From the NCBI GenBank assembly GCA_963789395.1, contig CAWBKP010000004.1:64001-128000 (forward strand): DNA of 64,000 nucleotides, read 5' to 3'. The translations under genes were made by a program, and so were the position numbers. Position 1 is the first letter of the stretch, and each line of letters opens with the position of its first letter. The stretch is from an uncultured delta proteobacterium (GTDB taxonomy: Bacteria > Desulfobacterota > Desulfobacteria > Desulfobacterales > Desulfatirhabdiaceae). Positions 57,284 to 64,000 of this stretch are shown one piece after another. Under the pieces are notes generated by a model, which saw only the letters and a list, made by a program, of their open reading frames with translations, searched no databases and was not told the DNA's origin.

Positions 57284-57814
57284 TCAAAGACCGGATTGAT
57301 GCACTGAATGATCTGCCCCATCCATCGCTGCTTTGAGTGATCGAAGTGGCAGAAACAGTATGAGAGGGCGTTCCAGAAGAGCGATGAATCCGAACTGTTC
57401 GTAGTATTCACGAGCAATCTGATTTTTTGCATCAACAAAAATACCAATAATACCGATATTCTCGGCAACCGACAGGGTGCGCTTCATGGCTTCAGCCATC
57501 ATGATCGTTCCCATGCCTTGACGCTGCTGGTCGATCGAAACCGCCATGCGGGCCAGTTTGGCTGCCGGAGCTTTAGTGGGGTACTTTCCGGCGTAACCGG
57601 CAGGCAGATTACGGGTCACCACTTCGCACCCTGCCAGGGTGAAAAAGCCGTGAATCTTTGTCGGCGCATCGGTATCAATCAGGACAAACGTTCTGGAAAT
57701 GCCTTTTTCTATATGCTGGAGAGCGGTCTTCTGTAGATAGTCATTCAGTGCCGGTTGGCCGCAGTCGAAACTTTTTCGATCGTGCAGACGGGAGAGCGGC
57801 TCAGCTCGTAGCAT
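57284..57814 (-). CDS. GNAT acetyltransferase toxin (TacT/AtaT type)
   Basis: HDRKSFDCGQPALNDYL, LARMAVSIDQQRQGMG, VDAK..AREYYEQFGF. Confidence 0.92.
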   Translation of the reverse strand: MLRAEPLSRLHDRKSFDCGQPALNDYLQKTALQHIEKGISRTFVLIDTDAPTKIHGFFTLAGCEVVTRNLPAGYAGKYPTKAPAAKLARMAVSIDQQRQGMGTIMMAEAMKRTLSVAENIGIIGIFVDAKNQIAREYYEQFGFIALLERPLILFLPLRSLKAAMDGADHSVHQSGL

Positions 57815-58081
57815 TTACAGGCGTTCCTTATGTGTACGAAAAGCGGTTTTCAGCTTTTCATTCGGGGCCGGCGGATTTTCAATGACGTCGAAAAACCTTT
57901 TTGCGGTTTCGCCCGTCAGATAAATAACGCTTTCTTCTTCGATCACGGTTTTAGCACGCTCCAGCGCGGATTGTACCAGAAATTGGTTTACCGTAGAGCC
58001 CACCAGAACGGCTGCCCGTTGAAGGGTATGATATACTTTCTCTGATACGCGTGCTGAAATACGCTCAGTTTTGGTTGTCAT
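57815..58081 (-). CDS. DUF1778 (TacA) antitoxin
   Basis: RISARV, LQRAA..G.TVNQF, ENPPAPNEKL. Confidence 0.92.
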   Translation of the reverse strand: MTTKTERISARVSEKVYHTLQRAAVLVGSTVNQFLVQSALERAKTVIEEESVIYLTGETAKRFFDVIENPPAPNEKLKTAFRTHKERL

Positions 58082-58260
58082 AATGAACCTCCATACAAAT
58101 TTTTGAGTTTATAATCAAATTAACATGCTGTCGCCAAAATGGCAACCATTTAAGATCGTCCCCATCCCCCGCACGATATTGCCCTTGATTATGGCTATCA
58201 GTATGGCTATAAGTATGTGCTTGGTCTGAAGCGACAGTTTGTGCATAAAAAGGAAAACTC

Positions 58261-58542
58261 ATGGAAGATCAATATACCATCGCCGAGGCAAAAAACAGAC
58301 TTCCGTCGATTATTCATTCGGTTGAAAATGGTCCGCCAGTCAAATTGACCCGTCGAGGTCGTCCTGTGGCGGTTCTTTTATCCATTGCGGAATATGAGCG
58401 TTTGCATGGGCAAAAAGGAAATTTCTGGGCATCATTACAATTGTTTAGAAAAAATATTGAAAACCAGGATTTTGAAATTTCAGACATGGATTTCACCGGG
58501 CTCAGGGACAAAATGCCAGGGCGTGAATTTAGTTTATCATAA
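58261..58542 (+). CDS. Phd/YefM antitoxin (toxin deleted)
   Basis: IAEAKNRLP, LTRRGRPVAVLLS; only ATGAAATTCCTT of the next gene remains. Confidence 0.88.
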   Translation: MEDQYTIAEAKNRLPSIIHSVENGPPVKLTRRGRPVAVLLSIAEYERLHGQKGNFWASLQLFRKNIENQDFEISDMDFTGLRDKMPGREFSLS

Positions 58543-58865
58543 TGAAATTCCTTAAAAGACTGTCATAGAATTTTTAGAAGCTCATTTTTGCTCCGAAAAT
58601 GCGTTTCCATCGGCAGCCTGATCAAAGCTCATTCCACCGCACGCCTATCGCTCCTGACCTTTTCCCGACCGGATATTCCGGCCTTCATAAAATTCGGGTT
58701 GCTGCCTGGCGTGATGATCGGAAATATGGAGGGAGTCGGCTTTTATCAATGGATTGATTGAAAAAAATCGATTTTATTTTTTTATCTCCTGAACCCTATT
58801 GATTAATTCCGAATTCAGGCCTATATTAAATACCAAATTCATCCCACAATCCGAGCGAGGCCACA

Positions 58866-59147
58866 ATGAAACCGCTACGTATCTCTGAAGACATTATCAC
58901 TCTTTCAGACTTTAAGAATCATGCCTCAAATGTCCTGTCCCGAATACAATCCTCGAAACGGCCCATTGTTATTACACAGAACGGGAAAGCCACAGCCGTA
59001 TTGATGACTCCCGCCGAATATGATCAATTATCTGAGCAATCCCGTTTTGTTTCTGCTGTTAACCAGGGCCTGGATGATGTAAACAACGACCGGATTTACA
59101 CTGAAGAAGAAATGGACAAGGTGCTTGATGAAGCTTTTTTGGGCTGA
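58866..59147 (+). CDS. Phd/YefM antitoxin
   Basis: LSDFKNHAS, IVITQNGKATAVL. Confidence 0.9.
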   Translation: MKPLRISEDIITLSDFKNHASNVLSRIQSSKRPIVITQNGKATAVLMTPAEYDQLSEQSRFVSAVNQGLDDVNNDRIYTEEEMDKVLDEAFLG

Positions 59148-59412
59148 TACCGCAAAGCGTGACCTGGTATCCATCTTCGCCTTTATTGCTGCTGACAATC
59201 TGGCAGCGGCAATAAACCTGGTCAACCGTATCAGAGAACGGGCCAGAAATGCGATTCTCGCGCCATTGGCGGGCCGAAAAGTTCCTGAGCTTCACCGCGC
59301 TGATATTCGAGAATTAATTGAGGGCAACTATCGTATTGTTTATCAGGTGTTTCCGGACCGGCTGGTTATACTAACTGTTTTTGAAGGCCATCGCCTTTTG
59401 CTTTACCCATAG
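59128..59412 (+). CDS. RelE/ParE toxin
   Basis: AKRDL..I..FIAADN, GRKVPE, RELIEGNYRIVY. Confidence 0.9.
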   Translation: MKLFWADTAKRDLVSIFAFIAADNLAAAINLVNRIRERARNAILAPLAGRKVPELHRADIRELIEGNYRIVYQVFPDRLVILTVFEGHRLLLYP

Positions 59413-59505
59413 CCCCTCGCCCCTGGCCTTATTTTTTCCCATAGCCCATAGCCGATAGCCTCTGGCCTATCGCCCCTTGCCCATTATCCCAATATCTGAT
59501 ACATT
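59406..59505 (+). repeat. Heptamer spacer plus promoter motif
   Basis: CCCATAG CCCCTCG CCCCTGG...CCCATAG CCCATAG CCGATAG CCTCTGG CCTATCG; TTGCCC-17-TACATT. Confidence 0.88.
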
Positions 59506-59547
59506 AAAATTTCATCTGAACATACGTGAAAGAGGCATTTCAACAAC

Positions 59548-59973
59548 ATGATCAACGGTGTGATCGCTCAAAAACTTCAACATCTCGATACCATATTAAC
59601 CGAGCTGCGGTCACTGGGGTGCCTGACGGTTCAGGATCTGGAAATGGACTGGCGCACCAAAAGGGCTGTGGAACGAAGCCTGCAAATCCTGGTGGAAATT
59701 GTGATTGACGTTTGTCAAAGAATTCTTTCACGGTTGGGGCAAACGCCGGCAACAACCGGCAGGGATGCTGTGGATCGGATGAACGCATTGGGGATTCTGG
59801 GACAACGGGATGCCTATTCCAAAATGGTTCAATTTCGAAATTTTGTTGTGCACCGGTATGAACAGGTGGATAATGCGATCCTGATGGATATGGTGAATCG
59901 CCGGTTGGTGGATTTCGAATCTTTTCGCAATGAAATTCTTGCATATCTCAAACGGACACGCCATGAAGATTGA
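59548..59973 (+). CDS. HepT (DUF86) RNase toxin
   Basis: AVERSLQILVE, RX4HXY motif RNFVVHRY. Confidence 0.9.
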   Translation: MINGVIAQKLQHLDTILTELRSLGCLTVQDLEMDWRTKRAVERSLQILVEIVIDVCQRILSRLGQTPATTGRDAVDRMNALGILGQRDAYSKMVQFRNFVVHRYEQVDNAILMDMVNRRLVDFESFRNEILAYLKRTRHED

Positions 59974-60334
59974 CTGGAAATCCATACCGGCATGTATGTT
60001 CAGGGATAGCAATGTGGTGGCGGCCTGGATTTTTGGTTCGGCTCAGGGCGGAACCGTCCGTTCCGGAGGAGACATCGATATCGGGGTGTTTTTTTGCATG
60101 AAACCTTCTCTGGACGAACTGGCCGGTCTTCGGAGCTGTCTGCAACAGGTATTGGCATTTGATGAAATCGATCTGGTCGTACTGAATGATGCATCCCCCA
60201 TTCTGCGTTTTGAGGCCGCCTCCGGCCGGCCGGTGTATGTGAATGATTTGGAACGCCGGGCTGCATTTGTCTCGCTGACGGCACGCGAATATGAAGATGA
60301 AATGGCACAGTGGCGCATGGCCCTAACGGCATGA
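59963..60334 (+). CDS. MntA antitoxin
   Basis: IFGSAQGG...GDIDIGV. Confidence 0.9.
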   Translation: MKIDWKSIPACMFRDSNVVAAWIFGSAQGGTVRSGGDIDIGVFFCMKPSLDELAGLRSCLQQVLAFDEIDLVVLNDASPILRFEAASGRPVYVNDLERRAAFVSLTAREYEDEMAQWRMALTA

Positions 60335-60566
60335 GAACAGGTGCGAGCCTTTCAACGGGCGGGATGGCAATTGAAGATTTCCTTGCCTGCATCTAAATTA
60401 TCCCCCTCGCCCATTCCTATTTTATCTTGACACATACATCGCTCAGGTTGTTAAATAAACAAATGATAATTTAAACATCAAGTGGGCAAGACGGACAAGG
60501 AAACCTCATCAAACACCCCTGCTTTGATGAAATGCGAAACCATCACACCGGCTGTCGGATCACCGT

Positions 60567-60645
60567 ATGAACGCCACTGATCATGCCAGGCAACTGATGC
60601 AGATGGCCAAAAAGGACATCAGAGCCTTGCAGCCAATGATGCCGG
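60567..60645 (+). pseudogene. Possible HEPN-domain gene 5' fragment
   Basis: MNATDHARQLMQMAKKDIRAL resembles HEPN N-terminal helices. Confidence 0.35.
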
Positions 60646-60762
60646 TTCTTTTATGTCAATATGCTTTTGTCTTTAAAAACGTGAGAAAAATTTACGTTTT
60701 TTGATGTTTATGAAATCACCGCAAGCCCCTGAGTTAATTTGCATAATCCTTCATAAATGAGT

Positions 60763-61011
60763 TCATATGCTTTTTCGATTTGAGAGGGTTGATCGGCGAT
60801 TTTCAGAACCTGATTTTTCATGGGCCTTCATTTTGTTCATTTCATAGCGGATTTGTGCAGGATTTCGGAAGTGATCGGGAAGGTTTTTTAACAGATCAGC
60901 AGTTCTAAAGCCGTATGCCTGATATTTGGGTTTGATCAGCTCTTCCGCCAATGCCTTTTGACGGGTTTTCCTGAAATCCGAGCCTGTGGAACTTATCCAG
61001 GAGCCGTTCAA
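60763..61011 (-). pseudogene. Possible transposase C-terminal fragment
   Basis: YGFRTADL...QIRYEMNKMKA resembles wHTH tails of some transposases. Confidence 0.35.
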
Positions 61012-61284
61012 AGAGGCTGGTGCAAAAACGGGCAGATTTGAAAACGATATTGGAGGAGACTTCTATTTGGGCCAGATACCAGTCATGGTGTAAAAACTTT
61101 GAGCTGGTGGAGTATATTCCCTCCGCTTAGCCCCTTGTTTTTAACCTTTTATGAACTTCAGTTCGGTAAATATCGTCATGTCGGGACGGATGGTATCGGC
61201 TGGAGAAATGCCGGTCAGGCCGCATTGGATGTCCGAGGCGCAATTTAAAGACCTGTCGGACGCTCGGCAGTTTCCCTATCTGCC

Positions 61285-61481
61285 CCGGACCCGGCTGTGG
61301 CGATCCGCGTCCAGCCCGCGGGCAATGGGGCGGCGGAAGTTACAGAGCGCGGGTTGTTGGCGGGTCCGTGGCGGAGGATTTGTTTGAGAAGGGGCCGTGC
61401 CTGCCGAGCGGAACGGCCATGACGGAAGCGGATCTGGACCGGGTGGTGGCTGTTCTTCTGAAGTGCCGAAAAGGCATATGA
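61285..61481 (+). pseudogene. DegT/PglE-type sugar aminotransferase 3' fragment
   Basis: TRLWR..., VGGSVAEDLFEKGPCLPSGTAMTEADLDRVV. Confidence 0.75.
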
Positions 61482-61546
61482 TTCTCGTTATGAGCAGCGG
61501 CAGGGGATGCGACGATGCCGGAGTTTATGGGTTAGTGGAGGGAATC

Positions 61547-61816
61547 TCATTCGAACAACTCTGCATGTGTGCCCAGCCGTGTCGGTCTCAGCTCACATTC
61601 AGTACAGGCGTAGATGAGCAGTAAGTCTGATTCGATATGACATTCCCGAAAATCGCGCCATTTCCCCTTGAGTTTGTGATCTCTGAAATCAGGAGACAAT
61701 GGATCAAGAGCTGCAAGCGCCTCCAGGGCAAGTTTTAGCCTTTCAAGATTGCGGCCCTGTTTGATGGCATGTTTCAGATCTTTTTTAAAACGGGATGTCG
61801 GCCGAATGATCAGCAT
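61547..61816 (-). CDS. yafQ: YafQ toxin
   Basis: FKKDLK, DHKLKGKW..FRECHIESDLLLIY, RLGTHAELF. Confidence 0.92.
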   Translation of the reverse strand: MLIIRPTSRFKKDLKHAIKQGRNLERLKLALEALAALDPLSPDFRDHKLKGKWRDFRECHIESDLLLIYACTECELRPTRLGTHAELFE

Positions 61817-62073
61817 CAGATTCCGCAATCCTGAAACAATGACGCCACACTTTCGTATCTCTTGCCTTTTCCTTTTCGAGCATCCTGCATGGCCTGTATG
61901 GTTTCTTTGGTGGGAATACGATCGTCAAAAGGAAGTCCGTGGTAAGCAATAATCTGCCGATAGAACAGTTCATAAGCGGAAGGGAGTGGAATTCCAACTT
62001 CCCTGAGAATCGCTTCTGCTTTTTCTTTGAATTCCGATGTCTGCCGGGAATGTATCATAGCACTTTTCGTCAT
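61816..62073 (-). CDS. dinJ: DinJ/RelB antitoxin
   Basis: KEKAEAIL..GI..A.ELFYRQI..GLPF, PTKETIQAM. Confidence 0.88.
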   Translation of the reverse strand: MTKSAMIHSRQTSEFKEKAEAILREVGIPLPSAYELFYRQIIAYHGLPFDDRIPTKETIQAMQDARKGKGKRYESVASLFQDCGI

Positions 62074-62237
62074 TGTACCTGTCTCCCATGAATTGTTTAT
62101 GCATACGGGTAATGATATGATTTCCCGGCTGTGTTGTCAATATTGGCATTTGAACAGACAGGAAAGAAGAATCTCACACGAGGCTCAAAGAAAAGCTACG
62201 CATATTTGCGGCTTTTGGGAAGCTAAAGAGAGGAACA

Positions 62238-62423
62238 ATGATAAAACGGATTGCGATTTACGGCGCCGGCGGAAGTTACAGAGCGCGGGTTGTTGGCGGG
62301 TCCGTGGCGGAGGATTTGTTTGAGAAGGGGCCGTGCCTGCCGAGTGGAACGGCGATGTCCAACGCTGATCTGGATCGGGTGGTTGAGGTTATCTTTAAAT
62401 GCCGTGAGGGTGTTAAAGTGTGA
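62238..62423 (+). pseudogene. Deletion chimera: PglD/NeuD-like acetyltransferase start fused to a DegT/PglE-type end
   Basis: MIKRIAIYGAGG | SYRARVVGGSVAEDLFEKGPCLPSG. Confidence 0.7.
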
Positions 62424-62524
62424 AGGCGTTCTTGTTTTGAAAATTTTGAAGCGACTGATGTTACGAAAAGGACTCCGTCGTTCATATCCCGGAAGAACGG
62501 GCCGCCACGACCTTCGAGAACGCA

Positions 62525-62860
62525 TTGTACACCTCACGTATCATCGAGGCATATCGCTATAAAAGCGTCATCCTGGTGACATCGGACTACCACATGCCAA
62601 GAAGCCTGGCGCTGCTGCAACTGTTTCTGGCGGGAAAGAACGTGCGGGTCCATCTTCATCGGGTGCGAGCCGCCGCTGCGGCGGCCAAGCCACTATTGCT
62701 GAAGCTGGTTTATAACGAGATGGTGGAGTTCTGGGGGAGCCTGTTTGAATATGTCTCGTATCAGGTACGGGGAGAGCCGGCCGTAAAGCCGGTGAAAAAG
62801 AGTGCGCTTGCGGTTTATTTAAGATCGCTGGTGCTTCTGGATGTCAAGCCGTCGTGGTAG
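62525..62860 (+). pseudogene. YdcF/DUF218 family C-terminal fragment
   Basis: SVILVTSDYHMPRS, YNEMVEFWGS. Confidence 0.75.
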
Positions 62861-62866
62861 GTAACA

Positions 62867-62910
62867 GCGTGAGGGCGTGAGGGCGCCAGAGCGGGAGGGC
62901 GGGAAGGGTT
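62867..62910 (-). repeat. Octamer repeat tract in the opposite orientation
   Basis: CGTGAGGG CGTGAGGG CGCCAGAG CGGGAGGG CGGGAAGG. Confidence 0.85.
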
Positions 62911-63069
62911 ATGTAAGATGATCCGCGAGGGTTTCTTGCGAGGTTTCCCGACGGCGCCGTTCTTGACGAGGTGTAGCGATGCCCCGAAATCCTGTCGTAT
63001 CTTACTGCTGGATCTTTCCTCTTTTTGTTAAGGTTGATTTTAAGATCCTTTGTGTATGCTGAATCGCAG

Positions 63070-63150
63070 CTTAGATTGCTGCTCGATACGCATATCCTCC
63101 TGCGGGCGGCCGGGCAGCCTGAAAAACTTTCCGAATCAACCCGCATCCTT
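63070..63150 (+). pseudogene. PIN toxin 5' fragment
   Basis: LRLLLDTHILL..AGQPEKLS. Confidence 0.7.
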
Positions 63151-63271
63151 TACTTATGTTTTGATGTACGTCCCCATCCCCTGTACGATATTGCCCTTGA
63201 TTATGGCTATCAGTATGGCTATGATAGGGGCGTGGTCTGAAGCGACAGTTTGTGCATAAAAAGGAAAACGC

Positions 63272-63553
63272 ATGGAAGATCAGTATACCATTGCCGAGGC
63301 AAAAAACAGACTTCCGTCGATTATTCATTCGGTTGAAAATGGTCCGTCAGTCAAATTGACCCGTCGAGGTCGTCCTGTGGCGGTTCTTTTATCCATTGCG
63401 GAATATGAGCGTTTGCATGAGCAAAAAGGAAATTTCTGGGCATCATTACAATTGTTTAGAAAAAATATTGAAACCCAGGATTTTGAAATTTCAGACATGG
63501 ATTTCACCAAGCTCAGGGACAAAATGCCAGGGCGTGAATTTAGTATATCATAA
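63272..63553 (+). CDS. Phd/YefM antitoxin, second copy
   Basis: Part of the duplication 63170-63620 of 58160-58610. Confidence 0.88.
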   Translation: MEDQYTIAEAKNRLPSIIHSVENGPSVKLTRRGRPVAVLLSIAEYERLHEQKGNFWASLQLFRKNIETQDFEISDMDFTKLRDKMPGREFSIS

Positions 63554-63649
63554 TGAAATTCCTTAAAAGACTGTCATAGAATTTTTAGAAGCTCATTTTT
63601 GCTCCGAAAATGCGTTTCCAAATGGTAAAAAGAGATTCTATCAGTAGAT

Positions 63650-63862
63650 ATGCTGACCCCGCAGGGAATCGAGGAAGAACTGCACCTGATGGTGCAGTTC
63701 TTACGGCGCATGGAAAGCGAATACCGGATGCTGGAGAAGGAAATCGCCCGGGTTCTGCAGGAGTCCGGCCCGCACGAAACTTTGCAGCACTCCCGATCCG
63801 TGCAGCGGTGCGCCCCTTCGTCTTTTATTTTCTTTTTAAATAAAGAACTCAAGAGAATCTGA
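63650..63862 (+). CDS. Hypothetical protein
   Basis: 70-aa helical ORF. Confidence 0.4.
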   Translation: MLTPQGIEEELHLMVQFLRRMESEYRMLEKEIARVLQESGPHETLQHSRSVQRCAPSSFIFFLNKELKRI

Positions 63863-64000
63863 CACTCGCCGATAGCACATACAAGCAGATTCTTGCGCGG
63901 GCTTGACCGGGTGGAGATTCCCGATCAGGAAATTGTCTGGACATCCGTGCAGTACCCCGATTCTGTTGATGTGTTCCGCACCTATGACCTTTCCCCGGAA

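Noticed and set aside
43424..59505. CRISPR array
   Set aside because: Repeats are degenerate 7/8-mers without regular unique spacers; no cas genes
42000..63600. Integron cassette array
   Set aside because: No attC-like RYYYAAC...GTTRRRY hairpins recognised by eye at module boundaries and no IntI-type gene; a covariance-model search is still needed
42000..63600. Diversity-generating retroelement template/variable repeats
   Set aside because: No reverse transcriptase in the window, and differences between copies are not confined to adenines

Overview
This window looks like a Desulfobacterales-type (sulfate-reducing Desulfobacterota) chromosome segment; the taxon is inferred from gene content. 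The assembly appears indel-prone, since essential genes such as gltX are frameshifted. Bases 1-30.7 kb are core genome: the end of a molybdoenzyme-type operon (cytochrome b, two rhodanese genes, one with an in-frame UGA and a SECIS-like hairpin), asnS, thyA-gyrB-dnaN, a split RdgC-like pair, endonuclease Q, a lytic transglycosylase, glgB, ychF, a candidate sigma54-dependent sRNA, acetoacetate-CoA ligase, a hybrid kinase, an unusual rpmF-ACAD-fabG-acpP-fabF cluster, gltX and tRNA-Gln(CTG). An accessory region starts at the tRNA. It begins with a decayed phage-satellite-like element (integrase relic, AlpA-like, primase-helicase with intragenic iterons, TerS-like). From about 38.7 kb to the end is a dense array of roughly 30 toxin-antitoxin modules and fragments: ParDE, MazEF, VapBC, HicAB, HigBA, RelE, HepT-MntA, TacAT, Phd and DinJ-YafQ. 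Modules are separated by strand-biased 7-mer/8-mer C-rich tandem repeats followed by sigma70-like promoters. Many segments recur as near-identical copies in shuffled order. This suggests a non-integron cassette array.
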